From Phoronis australis (Eukaryota > Animalia > Phoronida), in assembly GCA_002633005.1 (NCBI GenBank), contig NMRA01000173.1, positions 619,338 to 683,337 on the forward strand: DNA of 64,000 nucleotides, given 5' to 3'. The notes under the pieces were generated by a model that was not told the origin of the DNA, ran no database searches, and saw nothing but the letters and a program-made list of their open reading frames with translations. Positions within the stretch are counted from its first letter, which is position 1. The number at the start of each line of letters is the position of its first letter. This document shows positions 24,819-38,419 of this stretch, one piece after another. A program made the position numbers and the translations under genes.

Positions 24819-25045
24819 CCAGGGCCCCATTCCAGCAAAACTGACTTAGCCAAGACAAACCTTAAATTTTGTAAATTTTAAGATAAAACTTTCAATTAAA
24901 ATTGTGTCTCATGGCCGATTCAAGAAAGAGATCTTAAGTTTGAATTAAATTTTGTTTTAATTTTGACTATCGTACTGGCTGTAGAAGTTTAAAATTTTGG
25001 AAGTTCAGACAAATCTTAAGTCACTTTGTTGGAACACGCCCCAGG
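24819..25045. mobile_element. MITE bounded by CCAGG
   Basis: ccagggccccattccagcaaaactgactta ... taagtcactttgttggaacacgccccagg form imperfect TIRs. Confidence 0.55.
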
Positions 25046-25291
25046 CTCTTTGAGTTGGCTTATTACGGTGGGTCACGTGCAAGCGCCGGGCATGGCCGCA
25101 AACAGTAACACGCTTTTCGTTATTTCCAAACCCAAAAATCATTTCTCATCAGAGTTAGGATCAAATCAGTTTTAAATAATGCAAGTGTAAGTGTTATAAA
25201 TAAAAAATTAGCTTCTCTGATAGAAAGCGAGATAATAGCCGCTTCAAATTGCAAATTATTTGATCCACAAACAACACAATTGTTTTCTTAC

Positions 25292-25813
25292 GCGACAGTG
25301 CCGACATTGGTGAGTAGTTGCTTTGCGGTTGACGTCCGGGTGATTTTCTTGGCGTCGACGTGTACGGTGGCTTGAAAGCAGACGTCACGTTCATTCTCGA
25401 CCATGAGTTTCCGTGCTTGTATATTCCGGAGACAGTCTGAAACTGGGATCCTTTCTGAACTTTTACACTTCGCTCTGAGTTCAAGTAAGGACACGTGTTA
25501 TCCCAATCGTCTGCTGTTTTTGATAGCATACGACCACTCTTGTTACCGGATGCAGTCGATGGCGACTTGGAGATGCAAGGACCCGTTTTACCCGTCGGGT
25601 CAAAATGTATGGTTGTTGTCTCAGCCGGATCTATTGTTGTGGTGATTTCTTGAAGTATGTCATCTCCTTCAAGTTTAGTCTTGATTTGATTGCCATATGT
25701 ACTGCGTGAAGAATTGTCTAAAGAGATAGTGACAGGAGCGGTTTGGCGAGTCATGTCTGGTGACTCGTAGTCACTCAAATTGTACGTGTCCCTTCTGTCC
25801 GTGTACTGCTTTG
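25292..25813 (-). CDS. SPATC1L: Speriolin-like gene, exon 2 (S/T/P-rich middle region)
   Basis: cttccttccag|CAAAG...GTCGC|gtaag. 522 bp open in phase with exon 1 (overlaps ORF 25194-25778). Confidence 0.75.
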
Positions 25814-25985
25814 CTGGAAGGAAGAAAATGATATGTTAAGGAAAGATAATTTTAATCGTAAATCGCAAATTTCCAAGCAAAAACGTCCTGGGCAACACAT
25901 TTCATTTGGCAGACCGTAGTGTGCGCCATCTCTGTACCTAGTCATATTTATTGAAACTTCAAGAATATTCGATTTGAATGCTTAC

Positions 25986-26193
25986 CAGCGTTCTCTCTGC
26001 TTGTATCAAGCCACGATACCAAATCCGTTATTAATCTAGCCGCTCTTAAGCGCGTGTTCTCGCGAAGAAGTCTTATTTGCTGTCTCAAATGTTGATTCTG
26101 ACTTATCAAATCAGCATTTTGTACCACCAGTGAGTCTGTCCTTCCGTCGTCTCGCAATTCACCTATAGAGAGCGTCGCAGGACGACTGGACAT
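25986..26193 (-). CDS. SPATC1L: Speriolin-like gene, exon 1 (Speriolin N-terminal coiled coil)
   Basis: ATG...GCTG|gtaag. QNADLISQNQHLRQQIRLLRENTRLR resembles the speriolin L..EN..L...VRL.REN..L segment. The five exons sum to 1353 nt, or 450 aa plus stop. Confidence 0.8.
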
Positions 26194-26767
26194 TTCATAG
26201 AGTAAACATTACTAGAAAACAAACACACACGTTTTATGACGTATATTTGACAATTGAGTGATTTGTTTACGTTCAACACTGTTAACTGTTGACGAGGTAA
26301 AGTAGTAAAAACTTCAAATTGCCCATGGAAATCATATCTGTTCATGTGAAGCACCAAGACATTGGTGTCCAAACAACCAAATATGTGGGACTAAACAAAA
26401 AAACAGCATCCACCGGAATCGACAGAAAGGAAACTCCAGACGACTATTTTTTAATTACACAAAACTACTGTTCCCGGCGGTAGTATAACAATAAAAATAT
26501 GGACAGTTTTCCCGCAAAATTCCAAGATTATTAATTCTTTTCAAAATTGTTATTTGCTGGTACGAAACTCTCTGTGTCGATCAAGACTGTCAGACGTAGG
26601 CAGTACATGCATGCTGAGCACCTTAATCCATGCTAAACGTACGATGTCCTGGCAATCATAAACAAAGACTTCTGCTATTCTTAGTGCAAGTTTCACACAG
26701 TTTACCTCCGGAATGACCCAGAATTCACGTTTAAGTCGAATTATTGCTTATAAGTTGTTGGGTTAGG

Positions 26768-26860
26768 CATGGGCGGCGCACCATAGAGGGCTAGGGGGCC
26801 ATAGCCCCCTACTTATTTAGCCCCGCCCGCCCCACTTATTTCAGTGCTGCGCCGCCCCTG
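26768..26860. mobile_element. 93-bp micro-MITE, CATGGGCGGCGCA family
   Basis: 13-bp TIR catgggcggcgca / tgcgccgcccctg with direct ttagg on both flanks. Confidence 0.7.
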
Positions 26861-29549
26861 TTAGGGCACCGTGGTGTGTCCCATCTCCCATGCTTTACCA
26901 CTTGTCCGTCCAAAACACATATCTGCGTGCGTTACCACTGGAATTGCCTAAAAATTACGTAGTGTAAATTTTAGATTTGTCTTTCAACGCACAATATAAC
27001 AACTGGCGATGTAGGACATTATAATAAGTTCGTGTAGTCAGCGAAATCTCTACAGAAGTATTGGTTTTTATCTCAGAAAAAATGATATATTTTCTGAAAG
27101 ATAGCCTGTAGAATTTGATTGCCATTAATTGGGTCACGTGACTATGTCTCTTTAGTGAAATTTAGCAAAAAAATAAAGATATATTCATAGCAAAACAACG
27201 AAATCAAGAACATAACCAAATTTGTTTGATATAAATATTCAAGGCCAAAGAGGCAAGGAACGCGAAAACTCAGAAAAAATACCTTTCAAACAGATCGTAG
27301 CTAATCTACTTGTGGATGCTAACGTGAGAGTTATTCACTCTGAATATTGCACGAATTTTTAGAAAAAAAATTGTCAGATTCATTATTTTGGAAGCACAGA
27401 CGAAATAAAAACTCTTTCATGCCAATACAGTTTTCAAATTCTCTGCCCCAAATAATTTATATGCGCTCAAACTTAGAAGACGCCCTCGTTGCTGTTTGAA
27501 ACCGACATTTTTGGTTTACACCAAAATTCAAAGATCTCATTTTCCATGAAAGAGAATTGTGATACGTCTGTATGTTTTGCCATAACAAATAAGGAGAGGT
27601 GCTTTGCCGTGTGGGAGAAAACTCGACGAAGTGACAGGTGACAGGTCGTTTTTTAAATTTGAAGCTAAAGGAAAAATGCTTTGCGTCAACAGAAATTCCA
27701 AATCTTTGCGAACAAACCATAAAAATGCCTGGTGAACAGTTTGATTTCTGTTTCAGTGGCGCAGAACTACTTTGAATGATGTAATTTAGTCTGTTTTTCA
27801 CGTTCTGTGCCACTTCAAAGCACTGTTATAGTTTTCTAAATCATCATTCGTTTTCTTTTTCTTAATGTTCAATTTTATTATTTTGTTCGTACAAATCAGT
27901 AGAATCCTATTATTTGATAGTTCCTCGTGCAAAAGGGGAATTTTAAGACCTCTAGTATCCCTACAGCGTTTTGGAGAACAGTACATGTACATCATTAAGT
28001 ACATAACAGTTTGTCACATGAATCGGCCATTTGTGAGATATGCTTCCAAATTAGCCAAATTTGGACACTAAAGAATTACATCTTTCCACGAGATAAGCGA
28101 TGATTGTAAATTTCATGAAGATCCGACGGAAGAATGCGATCTGTAGCGCGAATGATCTGGACCAGCAGAAGCGCAGTAAGGAACTGCATAATAATAATTA
28201 TAACATCTGGCTATAAGACTCCACCCTTGCAATATCAACCACCGCAGGTGACCTACGTATTCTATCAAAGACTACGGCCTCTGATTCCGTTTACGACCCC
28301 AAGATTCTGTGTGAGAGTTTGCACTGTGAATTTTCGATTGTCTGCTCGACTGAGTTTTGATGAGTGTTGTAATTATAAAATAATGCCTTATGTTATTACT
28401 TCATTTCCATTTGCCGTTTTCGTTTATCAAGCGAGACTCTTGAGGTACGGATCCAGACAGCCCGGGCTTGTCGGAAAAATTAGTCAACAAACGCGACAAC
28501 AGTAGCTTGCAAAAGGTGGGGGGACGAAGAGGCGGGCCGACGGTCCCGGGCATTCACACCGGGGGGCATCCAATCACTGTAAATAAACTTTTTGAAATTG
28601 TGACTGATTTGTAGTTAAATTGAATAAAGATTCCATGTTTTGTTAAATCTTTAATTTTTTTACTTTTCTTAGTATTAGGGTCTATACATTTGAGTAAAGA
28701 ATGGCATCCAATAAAAAATGTTCCCGAGCATCACCAAACCTCTGCACGCTACTGTGCGACGATTACACTGGTCATTATTTATATACATTGATCTGTGGCG
28801 TTGGTGCTGGATGCTGTTAATAGGGTGCCCTCTGATGTCTTTTCAACTCTGGTAGAGCAACTTTCTACAACTTATGAAACTACATGCTAATAGTTTTTCA
28901 TCAAGACATTTTTAGTTAAAATCATGTTACATTTTTATTAGGAAAGCAGTTACATTTGGTTTCTCATTGCTTGTCTTGAATAAATGAAAAGATAAGGCCC
29001 TACTAACGGGTGTGTTTACGTAACTTTCGAAAAACTACTCGACGTGAATTCATTTGCGAAGCTAAGTGTGTTCGCGTGTATGTATGCATCTTTTTAGTTG
29101 TTTCTATAATGATAACTTAATTAATTCGATTTTGATCAGTACTGTTCTTTAGCAATTAACTATACCCGTGAAATAAAATTAAAAAATGAGAAGTTTACCT
29201 TGTAAATAAAATGCAATCCAATACTTTGTGTTAAAAAGAATTCGGGTGGTCTGATGTTATTAATTTTGCGGTGCATCAGACGTGCGCAGGCCTCATGGTT
29301 GGTCCTATTGCACTAAACACCTGACATTGTACATTGCTCTTGTCAATTGTACCGCTCTTGGCGGATTGTTCCACTTTTTGATTTTCCTGCCACCCCGTCA
29401 CATCAACAAAATGTCCCGACGGATTATGATATACTATTGTAATTTCCCAGGCGACATATCCCTATTTTCCCCTGCTTTCTACTAAAAAGAAAAAAGTTAG
29501 ACGTTTCATGAGTTTTTGCGGTACCCACAATTTCCCATTCGACTAAAAA

Positions 29550-30260
29550 TGCCGTTGTCTTAAACCATATAATAAATGGGTTCGATGTAAAAACCAGCTT
29601 TGTACAATATAATGAAGTTGTTTCTGTTCTACGAAGGTTTCAGAAAAGTCTATTTTTTTCAAAGTTAATTTAAAAGTGTTAATGTCTACTCTCTTTGGAT
29701 GCCTTTAGCAATTACTTACCAATGGAAAGATTTGAGGGGTTGTAGACATATTTGTTCATTCTTTGATGATGTTAAGAAACCTTCTAAGTCAGTGTGTAAA
29801 TGGGAAATAAAGTTAGGAGATAGTTTAGAGTGGAAGAAAATGCCTTATGAAATTACAAAAGGATCCCAACACTAGATGGTTCCAATTTAGAATACTACAC
29901 AGGATTATTACAGCAAATACATTTTTGGTCAAAATCCGTCTTCGAGATTCTAATCTATATTCCTTTTGTAATAAAACTCCAGATACGCTGTCACACCATT
30001 TTTGGGAATGTCGCCTTATACAAGATTTTTGGAAAGAATTCAGAAAACTACTTCAAAAGGTGTTATTCTTGGACTTTATGAGACGCACGATTTTCTATTT
30101 AACATTTTGCTTTTACTAACCAAACAGTACATTTACAAGGAGAGATGTCACAAAAAGATACCTAATTTTCACAAGTTTGTTACATATACTTATGAGTATT
30201 ATAATGCTGGAAAATAAATTGCATATAAAAACTTTGTATATGACAGCTTCTCTGCGAAAT
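29550..30260 (+). mobile_element. L1/Tx1-clade LINE ORF2 3' fragment (zf-RVT region), frameshifted
   Basis: DPNTRWFQFRILHRII.AN.FL.KI...DS.L.SFC....DTL.H.FWEC..IQ.FW, followed in another frame by ILG...N.LLLL.KQYIYK.R. Confidence 0.85.
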
Positions 30261-32190
30261 TTTATTGATCACGTCAACTCCATGTAGCAGTTGTTTACTT
30301 TATACGAGATACGAGAATGGTTTATCCTGAGGTGCGCATGCGTGAATGGATGGATGTACTTCTGTCTGTTTTTGTACTTGTTTATAAATAATAATAAATT
30401 CCTTTAAAAATGACGCTGTCGGGACGCTTTTGTGTGTTGTGGCGAACATTTCACCCTTGCGTTTTGGCTTAGACCCAGATGACCTATTTCTTATCCCGAG
30501 CTGAGTCCCGCTTTTACGCCAGTTTTCCCATTTTTTATTAGCGAAGAGTGGCAACTGCATAACAGGTGTTCAAAATAACATTGTATATTTGTAATGAATA
30601 TTGTTATTTTCCTGAGTCTACTTTTTTAGCAACTTAGCAATCGTAAAAATGCGTTCTTATGTCTCTTGTTCACGGTAACACACACTGCATGTATCAGTAT
30701 CACTAGACTTTCTGAAGAAATGAGTTTACATCCAAACTTCTATACCAAGACTTAAACAACAACCAATGTTATGAGCTCTCCAAAGTATATTTCAAACTTA
30801 CACAACACACCCATTTTTATCTACCAGAAAACCCTTATCTGCAAATTTCGGATAGCTTGTTGGAGTAATTAGTTTATCACATTATTGTAAATGTCACTGC
30901 ATCCTGAAATTTCAATGAAGAAGGTGTATCAAACGACACCGTAGATCCAATAAATACATGAAGATGTATAATTTTGGATGAACTTCATTGAATGCCTGAC
31001 TAAATTATTCACTGCAAATGTGATGGATCCATAACCTAAAATCTTTGTAACAGAGTAACGATATTTTGAATCAATGAAATTATCTCCCTGATGGTTTAAT
31101 CAGTCATTTATATAACACCTGGTCCACTGGTTCATTTCCTTTTTATGTTAGTAGTAGTAGTTAGTAGTATGCCCTAAATTAACTGACCTTACAGTAAATT
31201 AGTTGAATAATTAGTTAATTAATCAGCCATTTAATTTCGTTATTACACTCTTTTATCTTTCGCATTTTGGTAACAATCTTGGTTTTTAGAATTAAAAAAT
31301 TAATTTTAAACTTGCCTGGTATGCGAAATGATAATTATTTATGAAGTAAATTATTTATCTTTTACTTCAGGTATAATCATACACCATCAAGAGCTGACAA
31401 AGGACTTTCTAATAGTATGACTTTTATGCAATTCGGTTGAAAAACGGCGGAGTTGCGAAAAATTTTGGTGACAGTAAAGAGGGTCACAGTTCCCATTGGC
31501 CAACTGTTCAAAACGTATTTGTTATTTATCCGCGGCATAAGATTTTGGTATCGTATTAGAGCTGCGGTGGTGATAGATCATGTGGATATATTTAAAAGAA
31601 ATTGTAAAACTTTCGAAATTATTGCAATACGTCTATATGGCTTTGTGGTAACGCCTAGTATATAGCAGCGTGGCAGTTGTAGTACAAAAAACAGAAAAAA
31701 TACATCCAAAGACAGCGAAGATGCAGCTCGACAAAGCAAATTTTTTGCAAAATCGGGTCGCCAACACTGAGCACCATCTCATGGATGGGNNNNNNAGTCC
31801 TGCGCTGCCCATGCATATCTTACAACCATGCTGATAAAGTCATCTGTGCTTAGTTAATTGACCAATGAGCCAGAACATATCGATGCAGTCTAGTCAGCTC
31901 CCAGTCAGCTGGTGCACTCAAGATAAATAAAGCTCATTGGGTGCACCACCTAGTGGGTAACGTTCAGTTCGAAAGCAACTAAAATTTCACATCAAAGTAG
32001 TTTAACGCCTTCATAGTTGCCAATCCCAAAATGAAAAACGTGAAATATGAGTGGATAATACGATTTCAACGAGTGTGATCGCAATGGTTCTCGAAATCCT
32101 ATTTATGTCAGGACAGACGGTAACTTCCTGCCGGCTTGCATAATAATAAATCGAACAACTAAGTGTGTCATTGAATATTGTCTATGGTGT

Positions 32191-32200
32191 CACGTACGTG
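32191..32200. promoter_or_regulatory. Palindromic CACGTACGTG (two opposed TACGTG, HRE-like) about 40 bp upstream of the FA2H ATG
   Basis: Motif match only. An ETS-like ACTTCCTG lies at about 32123, and the start context is gccacaATG. Confidence 0.3.
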
Positions 32201-32240
32201 GAGCGCTATCTTACCTAAGTTGTAGCGCGTTTTCGCCACA

Positions 32241-32498
32241 ATGAGGGAATTCTCACTTGAAGAAGTGCGAAGACATAGACAAAAGAACGATGTTTGGGTG
32301 GTTTATCAAGGGAAAGTGGTCGACATCTCACCTTTTGCGGAAAAGCATCCCGGTGGTTTGGACATTTTGCTGAACTCGGCAGGCGAAGATGTGACTGAAG
32401 TCATGCGTTCTGCGCCGCATGAGCACACACAGTACGCGTACAACATTTTAAATAAGTATGTCATCGGAAGACTGGAAGGGTACCCCAACAACAATAAG
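32241..32498 (+). CDS. FA2H: Fatty acid 2-hydroxylase exon 1 (cytochrome b5 domain)
   Basis: MREFSLEEVRRH...WVVYQGKVVDISPFAEKHPGG...AGEDVTEVM..APHEHTQYAYNILNKYVIG contains the HPGG haem motif and the FA2H-type PHxH. Donor AAG|gtaatg, phase 0. Confidence 0.92.
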
Positions 32499-35400
32499 GT
32501 AATGGTGGTGAAAGTTCTTGGCATTACACTCTCACTAGTGATTCATTTTCAAGGCCTCGGGACGTTTAGGACACAGTGCAGCAAAGAAATGACTGGACAT
32601 TTTTTTGTTCTAGTTTTTCACCTTTCTATTAGTCATCAAGTAAACAAAATTTGATTACTTTCTGAGACCAATTTTAGGAATGGTTTCAATATGTAGGCTA
32701 CTTACAGCAAACCTCTACTGGGTCTAGTGTATAATAATAGACTATAAACTGAATTGTAGATGTAGGCAACAGAGCAGATTGTACACAGACACTAGTTAAT
32801 TAATCCATCAAAACTGCCCCGTTGGTCCTCATGAGTAACTTGACAACTGATAGTTATCACTGGAGCTGGCGATTACTTTTGAATAAAAATATAATGAAAA
32901 CCAGAAGTCCTAAGTTCAGCTTCTCTTACCTGTCACCCATAAAGCTTTGTCCTTTTTGATGTTCTTTTATTCTTTGCTCTTGCTACTAGTTAAATTCAAT
33001 CCTAACTTACAAGAGTAATTTGCTTCGCCACATGCCACTAATCATCTGTTGTGTTGACAGTCACGTTTTCCTTTGGTCAGTGATACTGCTCGTCAAGTCA
33101 ACCTTCAATTTGGTTATATATTACTAAAGACAAAAAATGAAAAGGAGATACTTGTAGTTTTGGCAGTGTATGTTCAATTTATTATTCACAGGTAACTTTT
33201 TTAATACAAATATTGTATTGTAGCCATGTGTACTTTGTGAATAGATTTTTAGACCGATCTCGGTAGACATAATCTATCGATACCAAGAACACCAATCTAG
33301 CTTCTTTTGTGTTAAGCATGGCAATTACTACATCAGCGATGACTTCAAGACAATAAAATACTGACTGAAGTAAATTAAACTATCGTGGACGTGGACTAAA
33401 ACTGGCTTTTTCGATCTGTTTGAATTCTGAAATTGAATTCCCTGTGAAAATTTATTTCCGGAGAAATCCAATAAATATTAGCCAGAAAAGTGTTTCTGTT
33501 TTGTTGACCAAGGGACAGTAGACTAGGTTGTCATCTGATGTTGGATACCACTGCTGTCTGGAGTTGAAACTGTTCTGGGTATATTTGTAATTTACAGAGG
33601 ATGGTTGGCAATTTAGGACTTAATTACAAATCAGCAATGCGTTGACTTCGTGGTATTTCCATGGAAAGCTTATTAAGAACTTGGCCGTTGATCTCCCCTA
33701 AACTCTTAGAGTATGAAGGTGTGTGCACCTGGCAGAACTCTGTTGATTTCTGATGAATTTGCATACCACAAGCTTTGTATTGAAATTCAAGAAAACATCT
33801 GTCAACATTCTGCTTTAGGGACTTATCTGAAACTGAAAGTAGTGAGCTAGTTAATTGAATGCTAAATAACACAAACCATATTAAATTTGTGCTACGTAAT
33901 CTTCCCATCGCTTGGCTTTGCAGAAAATTCAGATTGCGAACCAGAGGAAGCAGTTTGCACTTAGTAAGAATTCTCAATTTTGAAGCCTTCTTTATAATTT
34001 GGACCATTTAAATTCATTAAGTAGAAATTGAATTCTTGTGGTTCTCGAAGATTGGGACACTGGCAATTTTGGTGTTCGTCAATCATATTTCACAAATTTG
34101 GACACTTTGTGTTTTGTATGAACACAGTCTGGAAATAGATTTCGCAGTTCATAAAATCTTCGAAAATAGCTGCCGACCCAATGTTTTCGTGCATCGTGAC
34201 ATATCGTGTAACATTGAGGTGAATGAATATTGTTTACCTGACATCTCTTTGAAATGAAATCACGGGATGTGAAAAATACCCCGGTAGGTGCAGTATGTTC
34301 TTTTTAATGCGACTCAAATCCGTGCTACCCAATGTTCGCATGAGAGGTTTGTTGGTACAGCCTTCCGCGGTTTCAAGTTCTGCTAGCGGAGATGTTCAGA
34401 CACCAGTAAACAAGAGGATTTAAGAATCATCTTTAAATGAAAAAAAACACGTTAAGTATTTTCTTACATTGATGAGATTGGTTTGACAGCATGACCTGGT
34501 CACAAGTACAGGAAGCCTCTTCTTATACAGTACACTTGTTGCATTTCGCACACCCAAAATATATTACAAACAACATTTCTTGAATTTCTTGCTTTTCCTA
34601 AATTGTACACAGTCAGTTTGCACTTCGGAAAATATCACTGCAAAGCCCTGTCATTCACATTTTGAACAGCGTTAATAATGTCTGAACTTTGTATTCTCCA
34701 TTTGATTTTTTTGTGCAAAATAGGTGGAAAATTATTGTACATGAATCTTGTTTTGTTATTCTTCTGCAGATGGGGAACACATGATTTGAATTGTTTACCT
34801 AAACAAAACTAAAGAAATGAAGCATAACAATGAGCAGTCATGTTAACCTGCCATGTTCATATATTTTACCAATATAGGTGACTGAGAACTATTTTGTTGA
34901 TGAGGCAATGAATGCTTGAGTGATAGTGTGAGACAAGTGAGGCTTAAGGCTATTGTGTTCATTGGGGAGTAGTGATAAGGTCAACAACATGTTTTAGATT
35001 TTGCTCTCATCAGCATCAACCTTTGGGATTCTTCTGAAATTTGTCTGTCATCAGGGACTGTTATCCCTGTGGACTGTTGGGGGAGGAGAGTGTCTGTTGT
35101 GCTCGTAATTACGACCCAGACTTCGTTCCTGCTTTACGACAGTGGTCGCTATGTCCAATGCAAAATTGGTTTGTCGGTCATATGAGCTCTGAAGAAGTTC
35201 TTCACTCGTATTTTTGCACTCGTTTAAAACAGGGTAACAAATGACAGTACAGGATTATCCTTCAGCAAAAATTCAAACATGGTGCAATTTGCAGATCATG
35301 TTTTCCGTAGTCTTAATTCAGAAAAAAAATTACACATTATTTTCACTTGCTGGGCGTGTCACTTATCATTTCCACCTCAAAATAATAAAAATATTTTCAA

Positions 35401-38400
35401 CACTATATTAGTCATTTGTCTTGTAACTCTGGCTTTTCAAATTTAGCTTAAGATTTTAAACTTGGGGGCTCCAGGCTTTTTAGACATGACTCGATATTTA
35501 CTAGTATGGTGTAAAGCATTTCAAACATGGCGCAGCGTAATGTTTGAATACCTGTTGGGAGAACAATACAGTGATGAAAAACCTTTTGCATACAAGTCTC
35601 ACAGGCATCACCTCTCTGCAAATCATAAAGCCAAAATACTGACAATGCAGAGAGGGCACTTTGCCTAGCCCATAATTGATTTCTACTCTGGCTGTCTTGC
35701 TAATGTAGTGCGAGTTGAACTCTGAGCCTTAGTTTATTTGTGATGAAGACTGGCTCAACAGCAGACATCTCAAGTTGGTTAGAAGTTGTAACGTTTAAAC
35801 TAAATGTGTACTCATAGCCTGGTAATTCGATGCCTGAAATATGCCTTTACCAAAGTGCACGGAGATAGGTTAAAAACAGTGATTTTAACAGCAATCCCTG
35901 TTTGAGCCATCCTCTCACTACAACTATCAGCTTTCAAGTAGTTTCTGGCATGGAATTAATGTCTAATCAATTCAAAAGATGTGGTTGTAAGTTTGGTTGA
36001 GATCAGACATCCAAGTGTATGTATTGATCTCACCCAGTGGGTGTGATTCTTGCATGATAAATTATTTCCTATTTATCTTATTTAACTTAGGCCCATTCTT
36101 TTCATACTTTGTGAAAAGAGACTGTCTAGCATTTAATGTCTTATAAAGCATTCAGAGGCTGCAGTACCACTGTGTTCACAGTATAACCTCTCTACAAATC
36201 TAAGCCTTGTGATTTCTATTCAGCTGAAAGGTTGCTTGAATAATAGCACTGTGTAGAATTGCATAACTCAGTATGCTGTGAGTGCTCACCAGATGCATGG
36301 TAAGTTGCCTAATATACATCTCAGTTGATGTCTAGGCTCATCCTAGACTTGCATTATACCCAAATGGCTAAAGCATCCTGAAAACTTCTAGACATTTTCA
36401 AAAATTATTAGGCAAATATTTTCTCTTTTCCCAAACCCCCCCCCCAGTTGATAAAAACACAGTTACACAGGACCAGACGGAACTTTTTATTTTTCAAGTT
36501 ATGCAAGAAAAAATGATCAACATTCCAAGGTCATTGCAACCTGATAAGTTAGAGGGGATGTCAGCCAACATGGGTTTTATTATGACATGAAAAGTTTGGG
36601 CAGGGTTCCTCTATACGGGAGTTACTGCATGTATAAGCCGGCCATATGGGAATTTAAATAATCTTGACATTTGGGCAGTTTCCCCAAATCCCCGAATCCC
36701 GGGTTACGGCCGGGGTACGTTGGCCACATTGGCACATCACTGATGTTGACCTTAAAAAATTGAGGGGTATGCTGGTCAATATGAGCATTTTGATGAGCAA
36801 GACATTTTGGTCGCAAAACATTAAAATAAATTGTGGCTTGCAAATGAAGGAAAATCGTGCAAAGTAATGATTAAAAAACTCATTAAGTTACAAATTGACA
36901 TTTACTTTACCTTGCTTTCTTTCAGCTGCTATAGAAATGCAAAGCATCCCAGTCGCTCAATAGCTTTCTCTGGCCCGGCCTCAATCCCTTGATTTTGGGG
37001 CAGAATATTGACCCCATTCTCCTCCGAATGATATTGAAAAATCACGCAAAATTCCCCACACGAGGCCCAAAAATTCCTCTCAAGTGATTGAAAAATTACC
37101 TTCTAGGTTCGAATCATTTGTAAATCACACAGGTCATAATTTGAAAGAGTGTAAAATGTTACTTTTGGTTACTTGAGGCAGAGCCTATGAGGGCTTGCAA
37201 CAAGGTGGCAGGGTGCTAATAATGGTGTTCAGAAGGGAAAAAAATTTCCCCTCGCCCCCATAAATTTCCCTCAGGCACAGGCGTCTTTCCTCTCAAACAA
37301 TCAAGGGCCCTGATTTTACACTTGCGACTAGGCATGATATGTGACATATTTCGATTTAAAAGTAGATAACAAACTCGTTCTTCTCAGTGTCGTCGGCGCC
37401 TTTTACTCCTTGAAAAAAAAAACTTGTCAGTGTCAAGTCTTAAATATGACAAATTGTGCACTGAAAATTTGTTAAGTTAGTAATGAATTAGGATAGACTC
37501 ATATTATGTGAAAATAATAGATATGAACCGTAAGTTCATATTGCATGTTTGAGACAGCTTAACTCCTTTCGAGTTTTATCCCTCGGTCAATTCTTAATGG
37601 TATGAAAATACCATTGGATCAGCTCACACCACATCTCGAGTGTAAAAACTTACTGAGAGACTGGGTCGCGTTTGTCGCTGAAAAATAGTCCTATCTCGCT
37701 ATGAAGTGAGAAATTGCCATTATCAAGAGCTNNNNNNNCCCCCCCCCCCCCCTACACTGTTGAACATTTCGTAGGAGTGATTTCAGGGGAAGTGACGGAC
37801 ATGAAATGGAACATTCGCTTGCTATTTTTAGGACTCCGAATCGAAGTAACGCATCGCGACTTGATTCATGCTGAGTGTGAGTCGACACGCGAGTAGGTTT
37901 CCCAAAATTAATTTTTATTGTCAAGTTGCGAAAGTATTCACCATGTTGGCGAGTAAACTTAGCTTTACCATCGCCAGTGCTGCTCAGAATTCCCCAATTG
38001 CGAGGAGCTAACACGAGCCTTGGATGTGAAAATACATACACATATATTTGTGTATTGACAGAAAATTTTCTTTTGTGCAGTTAACTGCTGTCAAATAGAA
38101 CCTGTCTTCTGCTGATTCTAGCTTCCTCAGAGTCCTATTATAAGTTCAGAATGTCACACACTCTTGTTGACACACAACACCACAGCTGCCCAATATCCAT
38201 TGCAAAAAAGTCATCTAGTTATTACTTGGTGAAAGCCAGGTATCTGCTTTGCCCATCAAGTTGTTTATTACTTGGCCCTGTACCATGTATCTTACTCCTC
38301 TCTTTTCTTTGGCTATTTGGACAGCATGGTGCAGGTCTTTTTTTGTCCAGCTGTATGAAATTTACCTACAACATGGATCTCGCAAGTAACTAGGGGACTA

Positions 38401-38419
38401 CTGTTTTTTGTCATTATCA

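Noticed and set aside
32499-32654. Stand-alone 137-aa cytochrome b5 with a hydrophobic tail (ORF 32241-32654)
   Set aside because: The tail is read-through past a good donor (AAG|gtaatg), and the b5 domain is FA2H-type with matching downstream exons. An intron-retained form cannot be excluded without RNA data.
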